From contig NC_004459.3 in the NCBI RefSeq assembly GCF_000039765.1, forward strand, positions 870,001 through 902,000: 32,000 bases of DNA, in the 5' to 3' direction. The DNA is from Vibrio vulnificus CMCP6. Lineage in GTDB: Bacteria; Pseudomonadota; Gammaproteobacteria; Enterobacterales; Vibrionaceae. Shown here piece after piece: positions 1-10,580 of this stretch. The notes beneath the pieces are model-generated. The model was not told where the DNA came from and made no database searches. It saw only the letters and a program-made list of their open reading frames with translations. The position numbers and the translations under genes are program-made. How positions within the stretch are numbered: position 1 is the stretch's first letter; each line of letters opens with the position of its first letter.

Positions 1-2
1 TT

Positions 3-1340
3 GGCCTTGACCCTGGCCTGCGCACCGGTTGTAAAGTCGCGGTGGTGGACGCCACCGGTAAAGTGCTGGCCACCGACACCATTTACCCACACGTGCCGCA
101 GAACCAGTACGATCGCGCCATGCAAACGGTGGCGGCCTTGATCAAGCAACACAACGTCGATTTGATTGCGATTGGTAACGGCACTGCTTCACGCGAAACC
201 GATGCCTTTGCTGCAGATTTGATTAAACGTGGCAATCTCAAAGTACAGAAAATCATGGTCAGCGAAGCAGGCGCTTCGGTCTACTCTGCCTCAGAACTGG
301 CGGCCAAAGAGTTCCCGAACATGGACGTGTCACTGCGTGGCGCGGTGTCGATTGCTCGTCGCCTGCAAGACCCACTGGCCGAACTGGTGAAAATCGATCC
401 GAAATCGATCGGTGTCGGCCAATATCAGCACGACGTGAGCCAATCCATGCTGGCCAAACGCCTTGATGCGGTGGTGGAAGATTGTGTAAACGCGGTCGGT
501 GTGGATGTGAATACCGCTTCTGCCGCACTGCTGACCCGCGTGGCTGGTCTCTCGACCACGTTGGCGCAGAACATTGTCGATTTTCGTGATGAGAATGGCC
601 GTTTTGACAGCCGTACCACGCTGAAAAAAGTGCCACGTTTGGGGCCAAAAGCGTTTGAACAGTGTGCGGGCTTCCTGCGCATTATGGATGGCAAAAACCC
701 ACTCGATGCCTCTTCGGTTCACCCTGAAGCCTACCCTGTGGTCAAAGCAATTGCCGAGAAAAACCAAAAAGCGGTCAAAGCGCTGATTGGCGATTCGAGC
801 TTCCTGAAAGGATTGCGCGCAGTGGATTACACCGATGAACACTTTGGTGTACCAACGGTGACCGACATCATCAAAGAGTTGGATAAACCGGGCCGTGACC
901 CTCGTCCTGAATTCAAAACCGCCACCTTCGCCGAAGGCATTCATAATGTGTCCGATCTCGAAGTGGGGATGATTCTTGAAGGGGTGGTATCAAACGTGGC
1001 CAACTTTGGCGCCTTTGTTGACATCGGCGTTCACCAAGATGGCTTGGTGCACATTTCAGCGCTGACCGATCGCTTTGTTTCTGATCCGCGTGAAGTGGTT
1101 AAAGCGGGCGACATCGTCAAAGTCAAAGTGATGGAAGTGGATGTGCAGCGCAAGCGTATCGCACTGTCAATGCGCCTCAGTGATGAGCCAGGGCAAGACA
1201 ATCGCAGCCAACGCGCTGCCACACCACGTGGCCAACAAGAGCGCCGCGCTCCATCGCCACGTCGCCATGACAACGACAATACACTTGGCGGTGCCATGGG
1301 TGGTGCATTTGCCGCCGCGTTTGCCAAAGCGAAAAAGTAA
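3..1340 (+). CDS. tex: Tex transcription accessory / S1 RNA-binding protein, C-terminal part (5' end truncated by window edge)
   Basis: Open frame from the window edge ([16 protein letters not shown]...) through YQHDVSQ, HhH-like region and C-terminal S1 domain ([31 protein letters not shown]). Confidence 0.96.
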   Translation, partial: GLDPGLRTGCKVAVVDATGKVLATDTIYPHVPQNQYDRAMQTVAALIKQHNVDLIAIGNGTASRETDAFAADLIKRGNLKVQKIMVSEAGASVYSASELAAKEFPNMDVSLRGAVSIARRLQDPLAELVKIDPKSIGVGQYQHDVSQSMLAKRLDAVVEDCVNAVGVDVNTASAALLTRVAGLSTTLAQNIVDFRDENGRFDSRTTLKKVPRLGPKAFEQCAGFLRIMDGKNPLDASSVHPEAYPVVKAIAEKNQKAVKALIGDSSFLKGLRAVDYTDEHFGVPTVTDIIKELDKPGRDPRPEFKTATFAEGIHNVSDLEVGMILEGVVSNVANFGAFVDIGVHQDGLVHISALTDRFVSDPREVVKAGDIVKVKVMEVDVQRKRIALSMRLSDEPGQDNRSQRAATPRGQQERRAPSPRRHDNDNTLGGAMGGAFAAAFAKAKK

Positions 1341-1349
1341 CAACCTCAT

Positions 1350-1476
1350 TATCCCCAAATTGCTTGGAGTCGCAGGTAGGCGGCAAGTGAGTGAATCCCC
1401 ATGAGCATAGATGAACTATGCAATTGGGGTGAACGAACGTAGCCAACACCGCTTCAGCTTCAAGCAAAAAGGGGAT
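1350..1476. repeat. ERIC/IRU-like 127-bp imperfect palindrome
   Basis: Begins TATCCCCAAATTGCTTGGAGTCGCAGGTAGGCGGCAAGTGAGTGAATCCCC, central ATGAGCATAGATGAACTATGCAATTGGGGTGAACG, ends AGCTTCAAGCAAAAAGGGGAT; termini and length match the ERIC consensus as I recall it. Confidence 0.85.
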
Positions 1477-1495
1477 GGGTTACTGAACGAAAATA

Positions 1496-1525
1496 AAACC
1501 CACTATGCTTCCATAGTGGGTTTTT
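1496..1525 (+). terminator. Rho-independent terminator after tex
   Basis: AAACCCACTATG-CTTC-CATAGTGGGTTTTT; stem with T-run, UUCG-class-like short loop. Confidence 0.85.
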
Positions 1526-1555
1526 ATTGTCAGTCACTGCGGTGGTGTTTGCTTG

Positions 1556-2026
1556 CTATAACACCGCAATCACTTCTGAAGGGGTATGAGGCGCGACAGA
1601 GTGACCGTAATGGTACTTGATGATCGCTCGACGCTTCTCCATGATCCCTTCTCTTATCGCCGCATCCAAGATACGTTTGGGCAGACGATAGCGCATTGCG
1701 TAGCCTTTACCCTGTTCTTCACTGTAACTTCGCAGTGCCAGAAGTCCAAAAAGCCGCTCAAGCGTGTCTTTGGGGTCTTCATGATAGACCGAGATCTCTT
1801 GCGTATTGGTTTCCATCTCATAGCCAGGGTGCTCTGAAGGATCCCACGAAGATTGACGTCGGCGTTTATCATCACTTTTGACTTTACGTTCCGCGTTAGA
1901 TTTGGCCAACGCAACGGTTGGCGCCACAGGTTCACGCACTCTATTATCGCGCGCGGCCTGCTCTGTCTGCACATTTACCGATGGGGCGATCAGTGGCACA
2001 CTCACAGTGGTCGGTGACACTATCAT
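1556..2026 (-). CDS. Uncharacterised protein, 156 aa
   Basis: Intact ORF convergent with tex; variable N-terminus and a more structured C-terminal half (DPKDTLERLFGLLALRSYSEEQGKGYAMRYRLPKRILDAAIREGIMEKRRAIIKYHYG). Confidence 0.75.
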   Translation of the reverse strand: MIVSPTTVSVPLIAPSVNVQTEQAARDNRVREPVAPTVALAKSNAERKVKSDDKRRRQSSWDPSEHPGYEMETNTQEISVYHEDPKDTLERLFGLLALRSYSEEQGKGYAMRYRLPKRILDAAIREGIMEKRRAIIKYHYGHSVAPHTPSEVIAVL

Positions 2027-2163
2027 CGCGATACCTCCTCAAAGAATCGCCCTACCATGCACATCACTGCACAGCCCCAAAACCGCTTCACTAACCGTAG
2101 TAAGTTGCCTTGGTTACTTCTTGTATCGACCAATATTTGAACAGGTTTAATTTTATTTTTCGC

Positions 2164-2931
2164 TTACTTGCCGGCAAAGCTCAGCAACTGGTGGCAAAAG
2201 CTCTCTGGTTCAGTGATAAAAGGCGCGTGTGACGACTGGGTGAAAATGAACTGCTCACTGGCGGGTAACACTTTCTCGAGATCCTGCGCCACCTTGATCG
2301 GCACCAACCCGTCCAAACGGCCATACAGACGCAACATCGGCATCGTTAAGTGCGGCAGATGGTCACGCAAGTCCACCTCCGCCAGCATTTGCAGCCCAGC
2401 CAAAAGTGATTGGGGGTTGGGTTGCGGGCGCGAGAACACCGCTTGTTTGAGGTTTTTTACATCTTGTCGCGCAGAGGGGCTGCCCATGGCTTGCAGCGCC
2501 ATAAAACGCTCTACCGTGGTGTGAAAATCTTCACTCAACTGCTCAGTAAAGGCGCTCAATACTTGCGGCTGAATGCCACGCCAACGCGCTTCTGCAGCGA
2601 ACTTGGGTGAACTCGCCACCGTCACTAACTTGCTGACGTAATCGGCGTGATGCAGCGCCATGTGCGTCGCCACCAGACCACCTAATGACCAGCCAACCCA
2701 AATGGCTTGTTTCGGTGCATGCTCGAGAAGCTGCTGGGCAATCTCTTCTAAACTTGCCGCATGAAGATGGGCACTGTGACCATAGCCAGGCAGATCCACC
2801 ACATGCAAACGAAAGTGCAGCTCCAGCCTTTCAACCACCTGCTGCCACACTGCGCCATTCATGCCCCAGCCATGCAACAACACCAAATCGGGCCCCTGAC
2901 CTTGTGTTTGCCAGTGTAAATCTGTGCTCAT
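2164..2931 (-). CDS. bioH: Pimeloyl-[acyl-carrier protein] methyl ester esterase BioH
   Basis: Alpha/beta hydrolase with GWSLGG nucleophile elbow and LLHGWGMN motif; start placed at MSTDLHWQ rather than the longer ORF start. Confidence 0.93.
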   Translation of the reverse strand: MSTDLHWQTQGQGPDLVLLHGWGMNGAVWQQVVERLELHFRLHVVDLPGYGHSAHLHAASLEEIAQQLLEHAPKQAIWVGWSLGGLVATHMALHHADYVSKLVTVASSPKFAAEARWRGIQPQVLSAFTEQLSEDFHTTVERFMALQAMGSPSARQDVKNLKQAVFSRPQPNPQSLLAGLQMLAEVDLRDHLPHLTMPMLRLYGRLDGLVPIKVAQDLEKVLPASEQFIFTQSSHAPFITEPESFCHQLLSFAGK

Positions 2932-3019
2932 CTTCCCTCTTACTCCTACTTTTTCCAGCCTCAAGCGCCACGTGTGGTCGAGTACGCTAGCGACACGATT
3001 CATTCGCCCCACTGCCCGT

Positions 3020-3730
3020 ATGTTAACCGATTGGCTTAGTGAAAAAATACTCCGATCTCTTCCTCGCCTCTGTCATCTGTGCGGCTTGCCGATGAATCAC
3101 GACCATCACCCGCTTTGGTGCCAGCACTGCCTAACCCTGTTCGATGCCGAACCGCGTTGCCAACGTTGCGGGCTGCCGACGTTAACGGTTGTCCCCCAGT
3201 GCGGCCAATGTCTGAAATCTCCGCCCCCTTGGCAAAGGCTTTACTGCCTCACGCCGTATCGCTTTCCAACCTCACACTACGTCAATCAAATCAAACATCA
3301 GCGCAAGTTCTGGTACTGTGCCAGCTTGGCACCTTTGCTCATCCAACGCATTGACCGCCCCGCGCCACTGCTGCTCTCTGTGCCAATGCATTGGCGTCGG
3401 CAATGGCTACGAGGCTTCAATCAAAGCGATGTGTTGGCGGCGCAACTGGCCCGTAGATTAAATCGCCCCTTCCTTGCTCACGCGTTTACTCGTTTATTGC
3501 ACACTCCGCCACAGCAAGGGCTCAATAAACAGCAGCGTCAGCGCAACTTAGCGGGTGCCTTTCGCCTCAATCGCTCGGCTCTGCCCCATGCGATTCCCAA
3601 GCATGTCGCGATTGTCGATGATGTGGTCACGACGGGCAGTACGGTACGACAATTATGTCAATTACTGCTTGCAGTCGGCGTGGAAAGCATTGATATTTAT
3701 TGCCTCTGCCGAACTCCCGAGAAGGATTAA
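3020..3730 (+). CDS. comF: ComF family protein (phosphoribosyltransferase-like, natural competence)
   Basis: Zinc-finger CxxC pairs (LCHLCG, WCQHC, CQRCG, CGQC) and PRPP-binding VAIVDDVVTTGSTV; divergent from bioH. Confidence 0.93.
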   Translation: MLTDWLSEKILRSLPRLCHLCGLPMNHDHHPLWCQHCLTLFDAEPRCQRCGLPTLTVVPQCGQCLKSPPPWQRLYCLTPYRFPTSHYVNQIKHQRKFWYCASLAPLLIQRIDRPAPLLLSVPMHWRRQWLRGFNQSDVLAAQLARRLNRPFLAHAFTRLLHTPPQQGLNKQQRQRNLAGAFRLNRSALPHAIPKHVAIVDDVVTTGSTVRQLCQLLLAVGVESIDIYCLCRTPEKD

Positions 3731-3860
3731 GTTGGATGTCACTGTCGCTTGACAGTGTGGTGTGCGCTCTAAAGCATGTTTTCTCATCAAAACACTAGAT
3801 CCTTTCGTTATCAGGAGTAAAATGGCGTCAATAACCTACAAATTTACTCGGGTATTCGTC

Positions 3861-4445
3861 GTGTCAAATATTACTATCACTGAAGCAGCACAAACTCATT
3901 TTGCCAATCTATTGGGCCAGCAGCCTGATGGAACCAACATTCGTGTTTTCGTCGTCAACCCAGGCACACAAAACGCAGAATGCGGCGTATCTTACTGCCC
4001 ACCTGAAGCGGTAGAAGCTACCGATACCGAAATCCCATACCAAAGCTTTTCTGCCTACGTTGATGAACTCAGCTTGCCGTTCCTTGAAGATGCGGAAATT
4101 GACTACGTGACCGACAAAATGGGCTCACAGTTAACACTGAAAGCGCCCAACGCCAAAATGCGTAAAGTCGCGGATGACGCGCCACTGCTTGAGCGCGTTG
4201 AATACGCGATTCAAACTCAGGTGAACCCACAACTTGCTGGTCACGGCGGCCACGTGAAACTGATGGAAATCACTGACGCTGGCGTTGCGATTGTTGCCTT
4301 TGGTGGCGGCTGTAACGGTTGTTCAATGGTCGACGTGACGCTAAAAGAAGGCATCGAGAAAGAGTTACTACAGCAATTCTCAGGTGAGCTAACGGCAGTT
4401 CGCGATGCCACTGAGCACGATCGCGGCGATCACTCATACTACTAA
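3861..4445 (+). CDS. nfuA: Fe-S biogenesis protein NfuA
   Basis: 194 aa from [11 protein letters not shown] (GTG start); C-terminal Nfu CxxC motif [19 protein letters not shown]. Confidence 0.94.
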   Translation: MSNITITEAAQTHFANLLGQQPDGTNIRVFVVNPGTQNAECGVSYCPPEAVEATDTEIPYQSFSAYVDELSLPFLEDAEIDYVTDKMGSQLTLKAPNAKMRKVADDAPLLERVEYAIQTQVNPQLAGHGGHVKLMEITDAGVAIVAFGGGCNGCSMVDVTLKEGIEKELLQQFSGELTAVRDATEHDRGDHSYY

Positions 4446-4481
4446 GTTATTCTCATTTTGGTTATAACTGAGACGAAATTT

Positions 4482-4516
4482 AAAGGTTGGCACACTTGGG
4501 CCAACCTTTTCTTTTA
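4482..4516 (+). terminator. Rho-independent terminator after nfuA
   Basis: AAAGGTTGGC-ACACTTGG-GCCAACCTTTTCTTTT. Confidence 0.8.
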
Positions 4517-4560
4517 GTATATATTCCAGTCATCAATGTTTTGCAGGAGGAATCAACGTC

Positions 4561-5115
4561 ATGAGCAGAAGGAAAGAACCCGATATTCTCAATCGTAATG
4601 TCGTTGCCCAATCACGACTCTTTTCTATCGAAAGCCTTGAACTGCGTTTCTCCAACGGCGAAGAGCGAATTTACGAGCGCCTCAAACCAAGCGGTAAAAA
4701 TGCCGTGATGATGGTTCCCGTTACTGAGCAAGGTGACCTATTATTAGTGAGAGAGTACGCTGCAGGTACAGAGCGCTATGAGCTTGGCTTCCCTAAAGGG
4801 CTTATTGATCAGGGAGAAAGCGCCGAACAAGCAGCGGATCGGGAATTGAAAGAAGAAATCGGCTTTGGCGCGAAACAATTAACGCCATTGAAGCAAGTGG
4901 TGCTGGCTCCTTCCTATTTCTCAAGCAAAATGACGCTGTTTTTGGCACAAGATCTGTATCCAGAAACATTGGAAGGCGATGAGCCAGAGCCACTTGAAGT
5001 GGTTCGTTGGCCACTCGCGCAGGCAGAAGAACTTCTTCATCACTTAGATTTTTGTGAATCCCGCAGTATCACAGCGCTACTATTGGCACTGAGAGCACTT
5101 CGACCGGCCAAGTAG
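4561..5115 (+). CDS. nudE: ADP compounds hydrolase NudE (Nudix)
   Basis: Exact Nudix box GLIDQGESAEQAADRELKEEIGF; upstream AGGAGG RBS-like sequence. Confidence 0.92.
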   Translation: MSRRKEPDILNRNVVAQSRLFSIESLELRFSNGEERIYERLKPSGKNAVMMVPVTEQGDLLLVREYAAGTERYELGFPKGLIDQGESAEQAADRELKEEIGFGAKQLTPLKQVVLAPSYFSSKMTLFLAQDLYPETLEGDEPEPLEVVRWPLAQAEELLHHLDFCESRSITALLLALRALRPAK

Positions 5116-5129
5116 TAAGGAAGAGAGTT

Positions 5130-5957
5130 ATGCCTACCTCACAGGATTTATCGGCACTGTTGCCGCAAGTTATCGATATTGCTCGCACCGCGGGGCAATT
5201 GATTCTGGATATCTACCAAAGTAAGCAGTACCAAGAATACACCAAAAGCGATGAGACGCCGGTCACCAGCGCCGATCTCGCCGCGCACAAATTGATCAAC
5301 CAACGACTGAGTGAGTTAACCCCAGACATTCCAGTGCTGTCTGAAGAAGCGGCGGATATCAGCTTGGAACAACGCGCGCAATGGAACCGTTACTGGTTGG
5401 TGGATCCTCTTGATGGAACGCAGGAGTTTATCGCCCGCAGTGGGGATTTTGCCACCATCATCGCCTTAGTGGAGAACAACAAGCCGGTAATGGGCGTGGT
5501 GTATGGTCCGGTTTCAGGCGTGACCTACTATGCGTATCAAGGTAAAGGCGCATGGAAGATCCCTGAGATGAACGAAAGCTTGAAAATTCAAACCCACAAA
5601 CATGAACTGCCCGGACAAAACATCGCGATTGCCATCAGCCGCCGTCAGGACATCAATCGCATCACCAACCGCATGAGCAGCAGTTGGAATTACGATTTGG
5701 TGCCGTTAGGCTCTGCGGCGTTGAAAGCGTGCTTGGTCGCGGAAGGAGCCGTGGATTGCTATTTGCGCCTTGGTCCGACTGGGGAATGGGACACCGCGGC
5801 GACACAATGTATCGTGGAAGAAGCTGGCGGACGCATCCTCAGCACCTACTTGGAACCGCTTTCTTATAACGAACGAGACACCTTGGAAAATCCGAACTTC
5901 ATCGTATTAGGCGATGCCGATTTGCCGTGGAACGACATTTTGCAGGTCAAAGGCTAG
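5130..5957 (+). CDS. cysQ: 3'(2'),5'-bisphosphate nucleotidase CysQ
   Basis: Inositol-monophosphatase-family motifs DPLDGTQEFI and WDTAATQCIVEEAGG; closely follows nudE. Confidence 0.94.
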   Translation: MPTSQDLSALLPQVIDIARTAGQLILDIYQSKQYQEYTKSDETPVTSADLAAHKLINQRLSELTPDIPVLSEEAADISLEQRAQWNRYWLVDPLDGTQEFIARSGDFATIIALVENNKPVMGVVYGPVSGVTYYAYQGKGAWKIPEMNESLKIQTHKHELPGQNIAIAISRRQDINRITNRMSSSWNYDLVPLGSAALKACLVAEGAVDCYLRLGPTGEWDTAATQCIVEEAGGRILSTYLEPLSYNERDTLENPNFIVLGDADLPWNDILQVKG

Positions 5958-6014
5958 GGACTGTTGACCTAGCTGCCGGCGGAAAGTCCCAGTGAAACGT
6001 GCCAACGGAAACGT

Positions 6015-6041
6015 AAAAAGCGAGCTCTGCTCGCTTTTTTT
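6015..6041. terminator. Bidirectional-looking intrinsic terminator between convergent cysQ and epsN
   Basis: AAAAAGCGAGC-TCT-GCTCGCTTTTTTT; A-run on one side and T-run on the other. Confidence 0.8.
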
Positions 6042-6084
6042 GTGCCATTAATCTTTCTTTGCGTTCAGCGCCAAGGCAGTCTCG

Positions 6085-6846
6085 CTAAAAGCGCCCTTGG
6101 TAGTCAAACTCATACTGCCCTTGACCATTCGGGTTCCCTAGCCAGCTCAGCTGTGATTTCATCGCCGCTGGGAATTCTGCACCCGGTTTAAACCAAGCCG
6201 AGGTCGTGTATTGACGATTTGGCGTCACTTGAGCACTGAATTGCGCGCTGACTTGGGCGCTTTGTTGCTCGCCCTTCACCGACAATTGGCTATTTTCACA
6301 GGTGAAATCGGAAATCACCGGCCCCAAGTCCAATGCGCCGATCGGGGTACCGACTTTACTGGCACTCCACACTAACGTGCCCGTGCCACTGGCGCACCAA
6401 GGCGCTTGGTAAACCGCGTGACGCACGTTCACTTCCACTTGCCCTTCCACTTGCAGAGGCAAAGGCATGGGCAAACGTGAGGCCACTTTTTCCGCGGGTA
6501 ACGAAGCGACAAGATTTTCCACATACGCCCCTTGGCCAAGACCATAGCCGACCAAACCTTTGCCACGCAGATTCAAATCGCTGCCGCGACCAAAGCGCAA
6601 TGCGTATTGCACGTTACCGGTGAACAATTTGCTGGTTTGAAAATCCCAATGCACCTCACCAAAGCTCTGACCTTGCCAACGAATGGTGCTTGCACTGCCC
6701 TGCCACACCGTACCGGAGGTGCCCTCAATCGTCAGGCCACGCACGGGTGGCAAATAATTGAGCGCAAAGCTAACCGGAATGCTCGACAGTAAACTGATGC
6801 TAAAAAAGAGAACAAAAATCAGGCTGTAAATAATCGCGCGCTTCAC
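6085..6846 (-). CDS. epsN: Type II secretion system protein N (GspN/EpsN)
   Basis: Last gene of the eps cluster; single N-terminal TM then LPPVRGLTIEGTSGTVWQGSA typical of GspN. Confidence 0.92.
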   Translation of the reverse strand: MKRAIIYSLIFVLFFSISLLSSIPVSFALNYLPPVRGLTIEGTSGTVWQGSASTIRWQGQSFGEVHWDFQTSKLFTGNVQYALRFGRGSDLNLRGKGLVGYGLGQGAYVENLVASLPAEKVASRLPMPLPLQVEGQVEVNVRHAVYQAPWCASGTGTLVWSASKVGTPIGALDLGPVISDFTCENSQLSVKGEQQSAQVSAQFSAQVTPNRQYTTSAWFKPGAEFPAAMKSQLSWLGNPNGQGQYEFDYQGRF

Positions 6847-6847
6847 C

Positions 6848-7339
6848 CTAGCCTCGCTTAAACTGTAATCGGTTAACTTCCACTAGACCGGACTCTTTAC
6901 CACGGTCGATGTCCATGAATTCCACTTCAATGCCTTGCTTCTCTTTCAAAAAGGTAAGCCAATCCACTAAACGGTTAAATGGCATCGGAGCGACCCACAC
7001 TTGCAACATCTCATTGCGGGGCTGAACACGTTGTAGCTCCACCTTAAATTGGCGCGCGGATGACGCAATTACTTGGTTTAGCGGCTGATTGGAAAACGAC
7101 ACACCGCCACTGGCACGTAAACCGGTGAGCTCATCGGCTTTCTCACTCACCCAACTGAGTAGCTGTTTCTCACTTTGGATACGTAACTGAGCTTGCTCAG
7201 CGCGCGCATTGATAGGCTGCAAAACGCCCCAGTAAATCAGCCCGATAAGACCGAAGACACCACACACCACCACTAAACGTTGCTCACGCTGGCTAATGCT
7301 GCTCCACCAAGCTTGGAACATATTGAGTAAATTTGTCAT
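6848..7339 (-). CDS. epsM: Type II secretion system protein M (GspM/EpsM)
   Basis: 163 aa, N-terminal TM (REQRLVVVCGVFGLIGLIYWGVLQP), position between epsL and epsN. Confidence 0.92.
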   Translation of the reverse strand: MTNLLNMFQAWWSSISQREQRLVVVCGVFGLIGLIYWGVLQPINARAEQAQLRIQSEKQLLSWVSEKADELTGLRASGGVSFSNQPLNQVIASSARQFKVELQRVQPRNEMLQVWVAPMPFNRLVDWLTFLKEKQGIEVEFMDIDRGKESGLVEVNRLQFKRG

Positions 7340-7346
7340 CTGCTCC

Positions 7347-8546
7347 TCACTTACGCTTTAACACAAAGCTGCCAATCACAGCGTCGCCAGTGCGGTTAAG
7401 CTGCCCTTGCTCCACTTGGAACTGCTCGCTCAACTTCACGCGTGCCTGTTCAAAAATTTGGAAATCGTTACTTTTCGCCTGAATGCGGACTTCGCCTCGA
7501 TTCCCATCGTATTTGATGCTCAGCACTTCAAAGTTCTTCACTTGGCCAATGGTACCCGGCAATTGTGCCATCCACTGCAACATCGAATCACCCGCGCCCC
7601 CCCCAGACAAACGGCGAATTTCGTCTTCCATTTGGCGTTTGAGGTAACTGACGGTTGGGATCTTGTTTCGGCCCGGCATCACTTGACGGAAAATGCGCTC
7701 GCTCTCTTCTCGATACGCCTGTGCTTGCGACTCATAGCGCTGAATCGTGAGCACTTGTTGCGCGACCAACGCGGCGATCAATAAGCTGCCACTGATCGCC
7801 ACCTTCTGCCACACTTTCCAGTGCTTAAAGAACGAGCTTTTCGGCTTAAACTCACCGGTTAGCAGCGAGAATTTACCATCGGCAACGCCTTGGCTGAGTA
7901 ACGCCATGGTCATTTCCACTGGGCGACTCAGCCAATGCGCTTGACCTTGCTGCTCAGGCAACGAGCTAAAGCAGGCCACAGAAAGGGGTTGCTCGCCGGC
8001 AAGGGCATTCAAATAGACGGGCATCCAGCTGTCGTCGACTGCGCTGCCTTGGCAGGCAGAATGACGGAACAACCACTGCTCTCCCAACTGCGCGGCGCTG
8101 ATGCCTTCGTCGTCGAGTGGCAGCGCCAGTGAGTCTGGCAGCACACGTTTGACATCCAAACCTTGAGCGCGAAATGCATCAAGCATATGTTGCAACCAAC
8201 GTCGATCCACACCACACACTTGCGCTTTGCCATTCTCTTTGGCCAACACAGAGAAATGCAAATCGTCCACATCTTGGGCGATTTCATCTTCCAGCAGGTA
8301 AGGCAACATCGACTCAAACTGACGTGAAGCGCCCGGTGGGATGTCCACTTCGGTTAACACCACATCGCTGGCCGCGACCAGCACTACGATCGGCCTCTGC
8401 TCAGCATAATTTTTGAGATCGTCCAGTTGTTGCCAATCCGACAACTCCCCACTGGCGATCACTTCTTGTTGGCTTGATGACCAAACCAACCAAGGAATGG
8501 GGCTATATTGTTCGCTACTCAGCCGAACGGTCAGAAACTCGCTCAC
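7347..8546 (-). CDS. epsL: Type II secretion system protein L (GspL/EpsL)
   Basis: [24 protein letters not shown]-terminus with GTG start after GGAGG; position in operon. Confidence 0.92.
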   Translation of the reverse strand: MSEFLTVRLSSEQYSPIPWLVWSSSQQEVIASGELSDWQQLDDLKNYAEQRPIVVLVAASDVVLTEVDIPPGASRQFESMLPYLLEDEIAQDVDDLHFSVLAKENGKAQVCGVDRRWLQHMLDAFRAQGLDVKRVLPDSLALPLDDEGISAAQLGEQWLFRHSACQGSAVDDSWMPVYLNALAGEQPLSVACFSSLPEQQGQAHWLSRPVEMTMALLSQGVADGKFSLLTGEFKPKSSFFKHWKVWQKVAISGSLLIAALVAQQVLTIQRYESQAQAYREESERIFRQVMPGRNKIPTVSYLKRQMEDEIRRLSGGGAGDSMLQWMAQLPGTIGQVKNFEVLSIKYDGNRGEVRIQAKSNDFQIFEQARVKLSEQFQVEQGQLNRTGDAVIGSFVLKRK

Positions 8547-9537
8547 TGATTCCTCCAAAACGGCGACGCACAACGGTCACGGTTTCTCTGTTTTTACTGT
8601 ACATAAGGCTGCGAATTCTCACCCGAGAGTCCTCGACTAACACCTGTGCATCCAATTCAAAGTATCGGCTATCAACGCCAAGATACGCTTTTGCTAGTTT
8701 TTTGATTTCTTCGCTGATGCCCGCCATTTCAGACTCTGAAAGAAAAGCATCAATGTTCGCCCAGCCATCAAAGGGGCGTTTTTCTATCAGTTGCTTGGCA
8801 TCAGATTCACTCAACGCAGGCGAAAACAGCGCCACCAGCAAAGCGGCTTGCTCAGCGCTGATGGTATTGACGTTCAAGCGCCACTCATCGGTCGGTAAAG
8901 CACAGACCAAAGGCTGCAGCGTTGCCATCATTTCACCCGACACTTGGTAAACCGCGCGCAGTTCACTGCTATCAGCAATGTACCCATTCGCCGCCAAATA
9001 GGCGGGTTTCATCCCTTCATAAGTCGAGTCTTCCACCCCAGAAGAAGAGCGCACCGCGTCATTGGGATCGACAAACTCCCACATGGAGTCGGCAATCACT
9101 TCGGATTCATAACTTTCAACGCCTGACTCTTCGAGCAAAGCACGAAAGACTTTCACCAAATAAGGACGCTCTACCGCTGCGTCTTGCATCACCACGGGAG
9201 AGAGGGCATTGAGATTAAAGCACGCTTGCTTATCAAAAATGCGTCCTTTCGCTTGGCCATAGTCCAAGGGATAGGTTTTCTCTTCCAAGGCCCAAGGCTG
9301 GTTTAAGTTAATGGTGTCACTGTCTTTGTAACTTTGCTCAATACCGACCTTCGCCAACGCTTCCACGCCAATGCTGTACCAGTACGCTTGCTGATAGCTG
9401 ATCTGGTTAGTGCCACGCTTAAACTGTGCAAACAAACGCTCAGACATACTGCCGGCGATGGTGGCCATAATGGCCAGCAACAGCAAAATGATGATCAGGG
9501 CCACTCCAGATTGGCGCGAGCGGTTCGATTTAGCCAT
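8515..9537 (-). CDS. epsK: Type II secretion minor pseudopilin K (GspK/EpsK)
   Basis: Prepilin-type N-terminus [21 protein letters not shown]; SAM-like/GspK C-terminal features; start set at MAKSNRSRQ. Confidence 0.92.
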   Translation of the reverse strand: MAKSNRSRQSGVALIIILLLLAIMATIAGSMSERLFAQFKRGTNQISYQQAYWYSIGVEALAKVGIEQSYKDSDTINLNQPWALEEKTYPLDYGQAKGRIFDKQACFNLNALSPVVMQDAAVERPYLVKVFRALLEESGVESYESEVIADSMWEFVDPNDAVRSSSGVEDSTYEGMKPAYLAANGYIADSSELRAVYQVSGEMMATLQPLVCALPTDEWRLNVNTISAEQAALLVALFSPALSESDAKQLIEKRPFDGWANIDAFLSESEMAGISEEIKKLAKAYLGVDSRYFELDAQVLVEDSRVRIRSLMYSKNRETVTVVRRRFGGISERVSDRSAE

Positions 9538-10231
9538 TGTTGCCTGCTCCACCACTATTGTTTTGCCCGGAGTCTTCGCTACCTGACGCTTGTTTTTGCA
9601 AATTCCCCTCTGGAGTGAGGTAGGTTCGCGCGATCTTTCCGTAATCTTTCAACGTCAGCTCTACCGAGATCGCCGCCGGCAAGGTCAACTCGTTGCTCCA
9701 CTCATTACTCCACTGTTTGCCGTCATAAAAACGCACATTAAGCTCTTCCACATCACTGAGTAACGGAGTCACGACCCCTTCTTGCCCTGCTGGGGTATCT
9801 GGGTAACGCCACCATACTCGCTCTAAACGCTCATCTTTGATGCGATAACCCACTTTGGTGACCTCCCCGCGAGGGAATTGCTGCTGCGGATTGTGCCAAC
9901 CTAAACGCGCGAACATGATGCCTTTGCTGTCTGAATCTAAGAGGTAATCCGCCCAATGCAGCAGTTTTTTGCTCGGCTCTTCGCCGTTGGTGCGTGTTTG
10001 ACGCAGCGCTATCTGGCGAAAATCGCTGTCCATCATCACCAAGGCACGTTGCAATTCATTCAATCGTACGGTGCGCTCTTGTGATAACTCATTGCTGCGT
10101 TGCACCTGATTGACCACCTGATACGCGGCCACACTTAAGGTGGCAAAAATGGCAATCGACACCAACACTTCGATGAGGGTAAAACCACGTTGGCGCGTGT
10201 TTCTCTTTCGACACGTTTTATTTCGCCACAT
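9530..10231 (-). CDS. epsJ: Type II secretion minor pseudopilin J (GspJ/EpsJ)
   Basis: Prepilin motif [25 protein letters not shown]. Confidence 0.92.
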   Translation of the reverse strand: MWRNKTCRKRNTRQRGFTLIEVLVSIAIFATLSVAAYQVVNQVQRSNELSQERTVRLNELQRALVMMDSDFRQIALRQTRTNGEEPSKKLLHWADYLLDSDSKGIMFARLGWHNPQQQFPRGEVTKVGYRIKDERLERVWWRYPDTPAGQEGVVTPLLSDVEELNVRFYDGKQWSNEWSNELTLPAAISVELTLKDYGKIARTYLTPEGNLQKQASGSEDSGQNNSGGAGNNG

Positions 10232-10580
10232 AGCTTCTCACCGTAATCATTGGGCTGGCCTGCTTTTCTGCTGCCACACTCACATCAAACGCTTTCAGCA
10301 GCGGTTGAGTCGTGGCTACAGGAGCCACTTTCCAATACCACGTTTGCCCCGCTAACTCTTCTTCACCGTTGCTGGCTTTTAGATTTTTGGGGTTGAGCAT
10401 CACCATCGCCATTTGATTGTCTGCCACCATGGCAGCAAACATCTTCTGCTCCAAATAACCGACGGTGTTGATGTGCTGGCTAACGGCACGGATCACGCTC
10501 ATCGCCGCAGTGGCAAATATCGCCAACGCCACCAGCACCTCAAGCAAGGTCATGCCTGCGTATTTGCGTCGTCTAACCAT
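10218..10580 (-). CDS. epsI: Type II secretion minor pseudopilin I (GspI/EpsI)
   Basis: Prepilin motif AGMTLLEVLVALAIFATAAMSVIRA; start set at MVRRRKYAG. Confidence 0.9.
   Translation of the reverse strand: MVRRRKYAGMTLLEVLVALAIFATAAMSVIRAVSQHINTVGYLEQKMFAAMVADNQMAMVMLNPKNLKASNGEEELAGQTWYWKVAPVATTQPLLKAFDVSVAAEKQASPMITVRSYVAK

Noticed and set aside
330-944. 204-aa minus-strand ORF
   Set aside because: Fully antisense to tex, with no family motif or credible translation signal.
1411-1620. Short plus-strand ORF (and the other short ORFs over 1141-1620)
   Set aside because: Spans the ERIC-like repeat and the terminator hairpin; non-coding repeat explains the open frame.
7407-8950. Set of plus-strand ORFs within epsL/epsK
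   Set aside because: All antisense to conserved T2SS genes, without motifs.
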